A stretch of 64,000 bases of DNA from Patescibacteria group bacterium (GTDB taxonomy: Bacteria > Patescibacteriota > Microgenomatia > UBA1400 > PJMF01), in contig BOKX01000001.1 of NCBI GenBank assembly GCA_016861205.1, positions 456,539 to 520,538 of the forward strand, written 5' to 3'. A program made the position numbers and the translations under genes. A model generated the notes under the pieces. That model was given only the letters and a program-made list of their open reading frames with translations, searched no databases and was not told the origin of the DNA. Every line of letters begins with the position of its first letter. Positions within the stretch are counted from its first letter, which is position 1. Below, piece after piece: positions 28,288 through 36,989 of the stretch.

Positions 28288-29883
28288 ATGCGAAAAAGCA
28301 TCGGTACCATCACCACTGTGGTCGGAGCGCTAGTACTCATAGTACTAGCGGCTTTGGCGATCAGCACCTTTATCAAGGGTGACTACATCAATGGCCATTT
28401 TGTAAATCAAACCTCGTTTGACACGTCAATTGGTGGTCCCTTTGAACTCACCAACAGTACCTCACGCTACGTCTTAACACAAGCAATGGTTGATAACCAT
28501 AGTTTTGCCCTCACTGACAGTCAAGCTCGCTATGCCAGCCCTGACTTGGTGAAGTTTAAAGATACCTATCTATCTATTTTCACACCTGGTATTTCTCTAC
28601 TGGGGATACCTCTTTACTGGCTCGGTAAGAGTTGGGGTGTACCACAATTGTTAACGTATCTCCTCAATCCGGTGGTCCTGTTACTCGACATTGGCTTAGT
28701 GGCACTCGTGTCGCGAAAACTGGGTTCATCACCAAAACTGGCCATCATGAGTGGACTCATCTTTGCTTTCGCCACCAATGCACTAGTCTATGCCAACACA
28801 TACACCCAGCACGTCGTCACAGTGGCCTTGATTTGTGCCAGCTTACTTTTAGCAGTGTCCAAACTACGTTGGTGGCAGAGGGTTTTGCTTGGCGTTGTAT
28901 ATGGAGCAGCGGTGTTGGTAGATATACCGAACGCTTTTATGCTGCTTCCACCAGTTTTAGTGGCAATCTTCAAAGATGTTGAACTCACTACCATCAAAGA
29001 TCGCGTTAAACTCCAGCTACCGCTGACCGGTGTTTGGCTCTTAATTGGGGTTTTGCCATTCCTCGTACTCTTTGGCTATTACAACTATCAGCTAACCGGT
29101 TCGTACTTCACCCTTGGTCAGTTTATTGGTCGATATGACTACCCAGACACCAATCCAACTGTCAAAACAGCTGAAACCAAAGCCGCTGAGTTGCTCCAAA
29201 CTGCTACCCCATCGGCTAAGTTACCGGAACTTGGGTTTGGTCTCGATCTTCCATTCGAAAGCCGCTCACAACTTGAGGGTGCACACATCCTGTTAACTAG
29301 TCGTCAGCGCAGCTGGTGGTACTACTCACCGGTAGTGTGGCTGGGCGTACTCGGGCTTACTATCGCTTACCTCACCAGCACTACTAAAAAGACTGCAGTC
29401 ATGGTTATTAGTGTCATTGCCATTGATATTTTACTGTACTCAAGTTTTGGTGATCCCTGGGGTGGTTGGGCCTTTGGTCCCCGTTATTTGATCCCGGCTG
29501 CAGCACTACTTACTGCTGGAATCGGTACTGTAGCAACCTATTGTTTGCGACGTCGATGGCTCGGGCTCGGTTTAGCATTAGTCCTCGCTATGACTGTTGT
29601 GTTTAGTGTTTACACTAATGTGCTAGGCGGTGTCACAACTGCAGCTATTCCACCAAAAGGTGAAGCTGAAGCACTTCAGAATGATACACCTTGGACCACA
29701 CTCTACAATCAACGGCTTGTCACACAGAACCGCATCTCAAGCTTAGTATTTAATGAGTACCTGAAAGACATCGTTACTGGTCGGGAGTTCATTACATATC
29801 TGACTGCATTTTGTAGCAGTTTAATTGGAGTTATGTTTGTTTTAGGTTGGTGGGAAAACCGGAAAGTCGGCACCCAAAAATAG
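28288..29883 (+). CDS. polytopic membrane protein, probable GT-C-type glycosyltransferase or polymerase
   Basis: 531 aa with about 11 TM helices and a large first extracytoplasmic loop. It lies inside the glycosyltransferase operon, with ATG at 28288 3 nt after the upstream stop. Confidence 0.4.
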   Translation: MRKSIGTITTVVGALVLIVLAALAISTFIKGDYINGHFVNQTSFDTSIGGPFELTNSTSRYVLTQAMVDNHSFALTDSQARYASPDLVKFKDTYLSIFTPGISLLGIPLYWLGKSWGVPQLLTYLLNPVVLLLDIGLVALVSRKLGSSPKLAIMSGLIFAFATNALVYANTYTQHVVTVALICASLLLAVSKLRWWQRVLLGVVYGAAVLVDIPNAFMLLPPVLVAIFKDVELTTIKDRVKLQLPLTGVWLLIGVLPFLVLFGYYNYQLTGSYFTLGQFIGRYDYPDTNPTVKTAETKAAELLQTATPSAKLPELGFGLDLPFESRSQLEGAHILLTSRQRSWWYYSPVVWLGVLGLTIAYLTSTTKKTAVMVISVIAIDILLYSSFGDPWGGWAFGPRYLIPAAALLTAGIGTVATYCLRRRWLGLGLALVLAMTVVFSVYTNVLGGVTTAAIPPKGEAEALQNDTPWTTLYNQRLVTQNRISSLVFNEYLKDIVTGREFITYLTAFCSSLIGVMFVLGWWENRKVGTQK

Positions 29884-29884
29884 T

Positions 29885-31504
29885 ATGCGAATGCCATCAC
29901 TTATTCTCACTGTTTCTTACAAGTGGTTCGACAAGACTTACCAGTTTTTTGCTCGAACAGCTAGCATGTGGGTCGTGCTTTTATCAGTGCTACTTTCGAT
30001 TGGAGCCTACTACTACTTTCAGTCAGTTCACTTAACTTTGGCGTACAACGACGCGCGTTCGCATCTCAATATTGGTCGCCGGGTCGTGGAGGGACTAAAA
30101 CCAGGCATGGCTCAGCTGGGCAGTGTTTGGCTCCCATTACCACATATTTTGATGGTGCCAACAATTTGGAATGACTACATGTGGCAGACTGGTCTAGCTG
30201 GTGCGGTGCAGTCGATGATTTCATACGTGGCCACCATTTTATTAATCCGCCTCATTCTCAAAAAAATCGGGGTCGATACTTTGGGCCAAGTAGTTGGCAT
30301 GTTAGTGTTTGCTTTAAACTTAAATATTTTATATTTACAGTCTACAGCCATGACCGAGCTACTATTGATCGGCACAATGACGGCTGGCGTGTACGAGTTA
30401 ATAAACTACTACCATGATCAGACTATTTTGTCTTTGATAAAAGCATCATTCTGGATTATGTTGTCGACGCTGATCCGTTACGATGGTTGGTTCTTGTGCT
30501 TCTATGGTTTGGCGTTGGTCGTCATTCAAGCGATTTTGCAAAAAAAGTGGCGAAAAAGTGAAGGTATCTTCTTCCTGTACTGCACTCTGGCAGGATTTGG
30601 TGTTTTCCTGTGGCTGATGTGGAACACAGCTATCTTCAAAGATCCCTTGTACTTTGCGTTCGGTCCATACTCTGCTCACGCTCAGCAGGAGCAAATTGAA
30701 GCCGCTGGCCAGCTCATCACCAAACACGATTGGCTGACATCACTCAAAACTTACTGGTATGCCATGGCCTACAACAGTGGCACATTGGTAGTTGTTTTAG
30801 GTTTGTTAGCTGCCGTTGGCTTATATCTAGATAAAAAAATTGCCTCTAAAACACGACTGGCCCTTAGCGTGCTGTTAGTCCCATTAATGTTTAACATCCT
30901 TGCACTGTACCTCGGTCACTCTGTTCTGTTTGTCCAGGGCATTAACGGTGACACGTGGTTCAACGTGCGCTATGGAATCATGATGATGCCGTCCCTGGCC
31001 GTATTTATCGGTTATCTCGTGTACCGGTTAAAATCACTTCGCTACTTACTACTTGGTGTGTTATGCGCCCTGTATTTGTTCCAGTTCACTTCGTTTGATG
31101 CCGTCACCATCGATGATGGCCGGGTCGGCTCCAGTCAGAAGAATGTGTCTGAAGTTAGCGGCTGGTTACGTGCCCACGCAGCCAACGAAAAAGGCTTTGT
31201 TTTGATCAGTGCTGCCTCACACGATGCTATTATTTTCTCGACGGGCATGCCGATGAAACGGTTCATCCACGAAGGTACTGGCAAATATTGGGAAAGTGCG
31301 ACAACTACTCCAGATCGCTGGGCGCGTTGGATTGTGATGCGGACCAATGATAACAACGATCAAACGTTTAAGTTAGTTAACCAATCAGGTGTGCTGTACA
31401 AATACCAATTGGTTAACTCATTCCCATTTGCTGACATCTACCAATTAAAAGATGAGTACTTACCCAACCTCCAAACGGAAAGTGTACTCGGCCCTCAAAG
31501 GTAA
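29885..31504 (+). CDS. polytopic membrane protein with a C-terminal soluble domain, probable GT-C-type glycosyltransferase
   Basis: 539 aa with an ArnT-like topology (about 11 TM helices followed by about 130 soluble residues). It is contiguous with the other glycosyltransferases. Confidence 0.4.
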   Translation: MRMPSLILTVSYKWFDKTYQFFARTASMWVVLLSVLLSIGAYYYFQSVHLTLAYNDARSHLNIGRRVVEGLKPGMAQLGSVWLPLPHILMVPTIWNDYMWQTGLAGAVQSMISYVATILLIRLILKKIGVDTLGQVVGMLVFALNLNILYLQSTAMTELLLIGTMTAGVYELINYYHDQTILSLIKASFWIMLSTLIRYDGWFLCFYGLALVVIQAILQKKWRKSEGIFFLYCTLAGFGVFLWLMWNTAIFKDPLYFAFGPYSAHAQQEQIEAAGQLITKHDWLTSLKTYWYAMAYNSGTLVVVLGLLAAVGLYLDKKIASKTRLALSVLLVPLMFNILALYLGHSVLFVQGINGDTWFNVRYGIMMMPSLAVFIGYLVYRLKSLRYLLLGVLCALYLFQFTSFDAVTIDDGRVGSSQKNVSEVSGWLRAHAANEKGFVLISAASHDAIIFSTGMPMKRFIHEGTGKYWESATTTPDRWARWIVMRTNDNNDQTFKLVNQSGVLYKYQLVNSFPFADIYQLKDEYLPNLQTESVLGPQR

Positions 31505-31506
31505 TC

Positions 31507-32418
31507 ATGCTACTCTACATCACTAATCCTGAGGAAACACATCCTCAGGCCATCGAGCTTTTAGAGACTCATGGTATTCAGCTTGTGTTCCCAGCAGACG
31601 TTACAGAAAAGTTGTCTGAAATTGAAGCAGTGTTTATCCGGTCAACCACTCAGGCCGATGGGGCTTGGCTAGCACAGTTTCCCAAACTACATTATGTGCT
31701 CTGCGCCGCAGTGGGAACGGATAACATTGATCACTCTGTTTGCCAAACCAGAGATATTGAAGTCATCAATGCGCCCGGCGCCAACTCGGCAGCAGTAGCC
31801 GAACATGCCTTAACATTGATGTTGATGCTTTTAAAAAAAATCCCCCATCACACCCAGACCATTCGCGAAGGTGGCTGGCGAGACCTAACTGCTGTTAACG
31901 ATGAGCTCAAAGGCAAAACCGTTGGCCTGGTTGGGTGTGGGGCTGTCGGACAACGGTTGGCCCGGTTGTGTCAGGCATTTGAAGTTGGTTCATTGATTGG
32001 GTACGACCCATTTGCCAACACACAGCTCCTCAAAACTTTGGGCGTTACCCTGACTGATCTGGAAACGGTGTTTCGCTCAGCTGACATCGTTTCGATACAA
32101 GTTCCTCTCACCACACACACTCAAAACCTGATCACCAAGCCTCTGCTGGCGTTGCTCAAACCCACGAGTTTGGTAATTAACGTTTCCCGGGGTAAAATTG
32201 TCAACGAAGCTGACTTGATTCAGGTGTTGCAAACGCAAAGTATTGCTGGCGCGGGTTTGGACGTGTTCGATCAGGAGCCACATCCAAATCCAACCTTGGT
32301 ACACTTAGATAATGTGGTAGTTACCCCACACATCGGCGGATTTACAACCGAAGCTCGACAAACCATGTCCGTCCTACCTGTGCAACAGTTTCTGAAACGG
32401 TTAATGTTGACAAACTAA
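31507..32418 (+). CDS. D-isomer-specific 2-hydroxyacid dehydrogenase (PGDH/GDH-like)
   Basis: NAD-binding motif GLVGCGAVGQRLARL and catalytic R/E/H region (VSRG...E...HIGG). Confidence 0.85.
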   Translation: MLLYITNPEETHPQAIELLETHGIQLVFPADVTEKLSEIEAVFIRSTTQADGAWLAQFPKLHYVLCAAVGTDNIDHSVCQTRDIEVINAPGANSAAVAEHALTLMLMLLKKIPHHTQTIREGGWRDLTAVNDELKGKTVGLVGCGAVGQRLARLCQAFEVGSLIGYDPFANTQLLKTLGVTLTDLETVFRSADIVSIQVPLTTHTQNLITKPLLALLKPTSLVINVSRGKIVNEADLIQVLQTQSIAGAGLDVFDQEPHPNPTLVHLDNVVVTPHIGGFTTEARQTMSVLPVQQFLKRLMLTN

Positions 32419-32419
32419 T

Positions 32420-33652
32420 ATGAAAAAAACCCTGATTTGGCTGATTTTGATCTGTTGGTGGCTCTCAAAAGCTACCACAGTGTCGGCTGCTGCTTGGTGG
32501 GATTTCCAATCCATCGATACCATGAAGTACTCTCGCGACCCCAGTCGGCAGTTTCTATCTGACCCGGCTGAGTTAAAACGCGTCAGTGACCAGCAAGTCA
32601 AACTCATTGCAGAAACTGGTGCCACACACGTGGCAATTGCAACTCCCTATGATGAGGAATTTTTGCCAGTGTTGAAAACATGGGTGCAGATGGCTCGCAA
32701 GTACAATTTAAAAGTCTGGTTTCGAGGCAACTGGTCGGGTTGGGAAGGATGGTTTGAGTACTCTGGAATTTCACGAGAAGAACACTTGGCTAAAACGGCT
32801 GCCTTTATCAAAGGACATCCTGAACTGTTTGTCGATGGTGATATGTTTTCACCTTGTCCCGAGTGTGAAAATGGCGGCCCAGGTGATCCACGCATGAACG
32901 GGGACGCTCAAGGTTACCGGCAGTTTTTAATCGATCAAAATCGAGTCGCTACAACCGCATTTAAGCAACTTGGCAAAAACGTCAAAGTCAACCTTTTCTC
33001 GATGAATGGTGACGTCGCCGAGCTGATTATGGACGCACCAACAACAAAACAACTTGGTGGGATCGTTACTGTGGACCACTATGTGAAAACCCCTACCCAA
33101 ATGGCTGATGACGTACAAGACTATGCCCGACGCAGCCAAGGTCAAGTAGTTTTGGGTGAGTTTGGCGCACCAATCCCCGACATACATGGGGCAATGACAC
33201 CTGATGAACAAGCTCGCTGGCTTGATGAAACGCTGAGCAAGCTGATCGATGTACCTGAACTGGTTGGTCTGAATTACTGGGTCAATGTTGGGGGTTCGAC
33301 ACAGCTGTGGTCCGATGCTGGAGAGCCGACACCGGCAGTGGCCATCCTCAAAAAGTACTTTCAACCCTCGGCTATCGAAAACCAAGTCGTCGACTCACTT
33401 GGTCAACCGATCGTAGCTGCCAAGATCCGCGGATTACACAAAACCACGCACAGCAACTCAGAAGGCCAATTTTCGTTGCCGTATCTCAGCAGCGAGGGCG
33501 ACGTCGTGATTAGCGCCGTTGGCTATCAGAGCCGATCGCTACCATTGAGTGAGTTGATTGTGAATCACGACCCAATCCAGTTGACCAGCTCAAAACCACT
33601 GACTGTTTGGCAACGAGTCCAGGCTTGGTGGCGATCTTTGTTTGCCAAGTAA
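32420..33652 (+). CDS. secreted TIM-barrel glycoside-hydrolase-like protein with a C-terminal carboxypeptidase-regulatory-like beta-sandwich domain
   Basis: Signal peptide MKKTLIWLILICWWLSKATTVSA and a C-terminal ...SNSEGQFSLPYLSSEGDVVISAVGYQS (CarbopepD_reg-like). The catalytic family is not identified. Confidence 0.35.
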   Translation: MKKTLIWLILICWWLSKATTVSAAAWWDFQSIDTMKYSRDPSRQFLSDPAELKRVSDQQVKLIAETGATHVAIATPYDEEFLPVLKTWVQMARKYNLKVWFRGNWSGWEGWFEYSGISREEHLAKTAAFIKGHPELFVDGDMFSPCPECENGGPGDPRMNGDAQGYRQFLIDQNRVATTAFKQLGKNVKVNLFSMNGDVAELIMDAPTTKQLGGIVTVDHYVKTPTQMADDVQDYARRSQGQVVLGEFGAPIPDIHGAMTPDEQARWLDETLSKLIDVPELVGLNYWVNVGGSTQLWSDAGEPTPAVAILKKYFQPSAIENQVVDSLGQPIVAAKIRGLHKTTHSNSEGQFSLPYLSSEGDVVISAVGYQSRSLPLSELIVNHDPIQLTSSKPLTVWQRVQAWWRSLFAK

Positions 33653-33731
33653 AACCTGTTTTTTTACCTAGCCTGGAACTTTAAGCTCATAACATTTCTT
33701 ATCTTGACGTGGAGTGGTATAATCCACCCAC

Positions 33732-34370
33732 ATGAAAAAGCTATCAAATAGTATCAAAACTGCCCTTACTATCGCATTGGCGACCTGGATGTTGCTGGCG
33801 CGACCAACCCAGTCCGAGGCAGTGGCGACCCCAGCTTTTCCTGTCTGCCCTAACCCCAGTGGGCAACTGATCGCTAACTACGACGCTGGTGTCCACGGCA
33901 TTGCCGGTGACCCAGGTGTCTACGTCGGTAGCGACCAAGTCTTCAAGATCAGTGATACCCAGATCATTCAATGTTTCTGCCCCACCAACAAAGGTGAGGG
34001 TATTCAAACTGTTTGGTGGAAATATACTGAGCTCAGCACCGCCGAAGTCGATTCTTTGATCAAACAAGGTTGGATCTGGATTCCTACAGGCAGTGTTTGG
34101 GGCCTCGATGATGCCAGCTACTTAGCCAAAAACACCAAGTTCCGCTGTTCAGAAGATGGCGGCAATGGTGGCACCGGCGGCGGCTCGAGTTCTGACTCAG
34201 GGTCAAGTTCCGGCAGTTCTTCCAGTTCAGGTGGTATCGGTGGTGCCGTGTTGGGTATCAGCACCTTAGCTAACACCGGTAGCCAAGCCAATTGGCTGGC
34301 TTTACTGTGTCTGACTGCTGTGCTCAGTCTGAGCTACAACATCATTGCTCGACACTCGCTTCACAACTAA
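33732..34370 (+). CDS. sortase-anchored cell-surface protein with an LAXTG (class-E sortase type) sorting signal
   Basis: Signal peptide, then a Gly/Ser-rich stalk (GGNGGTGGGSSSDSGSSSGSSSSSGG), then LANTG, a hydrophobic TM segment and the basic tail ARHSLHN. Confidence 0.7.
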   Translation: MKKLSNSIKTALTIALATWMLLARPTQSEAVATPAFPVCPNPSGQLIANYDAGVHGIAGDPGVYVGSDQVFKISDTQIIQCFCPTNKGEGIQTVWWKYTELSTAEVDSLIKQGWIWIPTGSVWGLDDASYLAKNTKFRCSEDGGNGGTGGGSSSDSGSSSGSSSSSGGIGGAVLGISTLANTGSQANWLALLCLTAVLSLSYNIIARHSLHN

Positions 34371-34391
34371 GGCTTTCGAAAAATTCTTGTT

Positions 34392-34420
34392 CACCCACCG
34401 CGACAGGTGTGGTTATTTTT
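34392..34420 (+). terminator. weak candidate intrinsic terminator for the LAXTG-protein gene
   Basis: Short GC stem (CACC..GGTG) followed by TTATTTTT. Confidence 0.25.
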
Positions 34421-34423
34421 GCC

Positions 34424-34463
34424 GTCCAAAACCAAAACTCCCCCCGCCAAAGCGAGGGGAGTT
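34424..34463 (-). terminator. rho-independent terminator of the RRM-protein gene
   Basis: 8-bp perfect stem AACTCCCC/GGGGAGTT with an inner GC-rich extension, followed on the minus strand by TTTTGGTTTTGG. It lies 17 nt downstream of the stop codon. Confidence 0.7.
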
Positions 34464-34479
34464 GAGTAACTAAAGCAAA

Positions 34480-34854
34480 TTAGTTGTGGTATCGGTCACC
34501 ACCGCGACGATCGTTGCGATCGTAGCGAGGTCGGCGATCAAAACCGCCGCCGCCGCCACCGAAACCTTGACTTCGCTCACGAGGAACGAAAGGTCGGGCG
34601 ACTTTGACCATCAATGGTCGGCCATTCATGTCCATACCATTGGTGGCTTCCAAAGCTGCTTGAGCTTCTTGGGCGTTGCTGAACTCAACAAAGCCGAAGC
34701 CTTTTGAGCGTCCACTCATCTTGTCGATGATCAGTTTTGCACTGGTCACCTGACCGTACTGAGCGTACATTTGGCCGAGTTCTTCCTCGGTCACACTGTA
34801 TGGCAAGTTGCCAACATACAGTTTATTTGGATTGTCTTGAGTTGCATCTGTCAT
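34480..34854 (-). CDS. RRM-type RNA-binding protein with a Gly/Arg-rich tail
   Basis: RNP-2 motif LYVGNL, RNP-1 motif KGFGFVEF, and the C-terminal tail GFGGGGGGFDRRPRYDRNDRRGGDR. Confidence 0.88.
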   Translation of the reverse strand: MTDATQDNPNKLYVGNLPYSVTEEELGQMYAQYGQVTSAKLIIDKMSGRSKGFGFVEFSNAQEAQAALEATNGMDMNGRPLMVKVARPFVPRERSQGFGGGGGGFDRRPRYDRNDRRGGDRYHN

Positions 34855-35070
34855 GACGACTCATACTCCTTACGATGGCCAAAAATAAGCGTACAGGCCA
34901 TCCTTGTACACGTATCCTCGAGTCGCTCTAACACTTCAGGAAATCGGGGCCAGCCAATATTGATGCGCCAGCCAAGTTTCACAGCAGCCGGTGCTGCACT
35001 TTCGGAACTGGCTAGCAGTATAGCACAAATGTGATGAAAATAACAGCTGATACTCGAGAAATTGGCCGAG

Positions 35071-35379
35071 CTAGCTACTCAAGGGGTAGGTTGGTTTTTG
35101 GTTAACTGACGGCTGGGGTACCTGGGATTTTCGGCGTTGCTCAGCATCGGCACAGAAGGCAGCAAACATAAGTGTTCCAACTTTGTCGAGGATTTCTTGG
35201 TCAGTCATTTCCAGCTCGTCTGAGATATACGTACCAATGATGGTGCTCATACCGTGGGCAAAGGCAGCTTGCACTTCAACTGGCGCGCTAGCCAAGTTGG
35301 CATACTTTCGAATTTCGGCCAACAACTGATCGGTCAGTTGCGCTGCACGCTCATCTTTGGCCTGAGGATTTTGCTCCAT
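35071..35379 (-). CDS. hypothetical protein
   Basis: ORF with host-like GC content. The start was set at the internal ATG (MEQNPQ...), because the longer ORF begins with TTG. Confidence 0.35.
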   Translation of the reverse strand: MEQNPQAKDERAAQLTDQLLAEIRKYANLASAPVEVQAAFAHGMSTIIGTYISDELEMTDQEILDKVGTLMFAAFCADAEQRRKSQVPQPSVNQKPTYPLSS

Positions 35380-35484
35380 AACGGGAGGGATTGTACCATG
35401 GACAGGTGCAAGATACAGATAATCAACTCCAGATGTACACAAGCAAATATTGTTTAGCCTTGGGTTTTTGATTACTATGATGCT

Positions 35485-36081
35485 ATGTCACTACGAATGA
35501 GCTACCGAAAAGTTATTATTGGCTTTTTTTTCGTCGCGACCCTTTATGTCGGGTTTGCGGTGTTACTTAATTTTCTTTTCTATGACGCCACTGTGTTGAG
35601 AAGTGTCATGATAAATAAGTGGCAATGTATCGAGTGTGACTATGTCAACACTGATCGCATGCAGATCAAAGCTATTAAGAAAGTTGCGTTTCAAGCCAAT
35701 TACGTAGCAATGCGAAGGCCAAAAGGTCTGGCCAAGTTTCCTGATGGTGGAGTACCCCTTTATCTCAAAGTCGATTCTCGGCCTTTTTTACTTGACATGG
35801 AGACACAATCACTGCAGCAGATGGACAAACCATTGGATTGGGACAATTCTTTCGATGCCCTTCGTGATTTACGAAAGCATGAACCATCGGCACTCATTGA
35901 TGCTTTAGATAGTGAACGCTCACTTTCTGAAGATGCATTTCTCAGCTCACCTTTATTTACATTACGCGATCCTCAAACAGGAAAAGCCTTCACAGTGATC
36001 GTAAAGCAGCTCGGTTTTGACTGGCGTGTACCAATCACCATGCCACTGTTTGGTTATAATGGACTGCGACCACAATACTAA
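35485..36081 (+). CDS. hypothetical membrane-anchored protein (island gene)
   Basis: N-terminal TM helix and a CxxC pair (WQCIECDY). GC content is lower than in the flanking chromosome. Confidence 0.4.
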   Translation: MSLRMSYRKVIIGFFFVATLYVGFAVLLNFLFYDATVLRSVMINKWQCIECDYVNTDRMQIKAIKKVAFQANYVAMRRPKGLAKFPDGGVPLYLKVDSRPFLLDMETQSLQQMDKPLDWDNSFDALRDLRKHEPSALIDALDSERSLSEDAFLSSPLFTLRDPQTGKAFTVIVKQLGFDWRVPITMPLFGYNGLRPQY

Positions 36082-36106
36082 AAGTGCAAGAAGGCCTGTT
36101 TAACAT

Positions 36107-36412
36107 ATGCCTGAATACTTCCTGATTTTACTTTTTTTAGCGGTTTTTAGCATCACGTTACACCTCAAGTACAAGCTACAACTATTTCGTTCAAAGAGGC
36201 ACCGCTACGTTTTCTTTACAATTACATTTGTCGTTGGGATGATTTGGGATAGTTTGGCGATTACCCGTGGTCATTGGTCTTTTGGTGCAGACTATTTGCT
36301 GGGGATAAAAGGCGGTATTCTGCCGTTAGAGGAGTACTTCTTTTTTATTATTTTCCCGTATGCTCTGCTTGTTCTTTACAAGCTAACAGACAAAAAGTTA
36401 GCTCACCTCTAA
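36107..36412 (+). CDS. small membrane protein resembling the lycopene-cyclase-domain family (CrtYcd-like)
   Basis: About 100 aa with 3 TM helices and the pattern IWDSLAITRGHWSF...PLEEYFFF, similar to lycopene cyclase domain proteins. Confidence 0.4.
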   Translation: MPEYFLILLFLAVFSITLHLKYKLQLFRSKRHRYVFFTITFVVGMIWDSLAITRGHWSFGADYLLGIKGGILPLEEYFFFIIFPYALLVLYKLTDKKLAHL

Positions 36413-36419
36413 CTTCACC

Positions 36420-36806
36420 TTAACGAACACCTCGTGAATGAATCCAAGTCTTCAACTGTGGTAAAGCGTCTGACTGTTTATCAAGATTAAAATCAGCTTT
36501 TTCGAGTGCTTGACGACCAGAGTTACCAATCACCGGCACATGCTCAAATTTTTGAATCTCTCGAATCCGTGCAATGATCTTCGTACCGTCATTTTTTGCG
36601 GCATCACCTTCAGACAAACTACCATCAACAATAAATGCCAGCACGGCTAGATCGTTGATGCCCAATTCACAAGCATCAAGAAAGTCTAAGGTTTCTTGCA
36701 GAGTTGAAAGTACTAAGCTTGGTACCTCACCAAGCCTAACCGACAAAAGACGAATCCAAGAAGGATTGTCTTCAACTATAACCACCGTACCTTGTTCAAC
36801 AGCCAT
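36420..36806 (-). CDS. stand-alone response-regulator receiver (REC/CheY-like) domain protein
   Basis: VVIVEDNP acidic pocket, AFIVDGSL as the putative phospho-Asp strand, VPVIGNSG (S/T) and a conserved K near the end. There is no output domain. Confidence 0.55.
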   Translation of the reverse strand: MAVEQGTVVIVEDNPSWIRLLSVRLGEVPSLVLSTLQETLDFLDACELGINDLAVLAFIVDGSLSEGDAAKNDGTKIIARIREIQKFEHVPVIGNSGRQALEKADFNLDKQSDALPQLKTWIHSRGVR

Positions 36807-36989
36807 ATATGCTCCGCTATCTAAATTAACTACTCAACCAGTTTCTGAAGTATTTTATGTTTCATTTTACTGTGTCGGATCTATGGAACCAAGTCGTAAC
36901 TCTGTCGCAGACAGGACAACCTATAGATTTTTACATCTTTGACCCGATCTGATTTTTTTACACAAAATTATGAAACAAGCACTAACATG

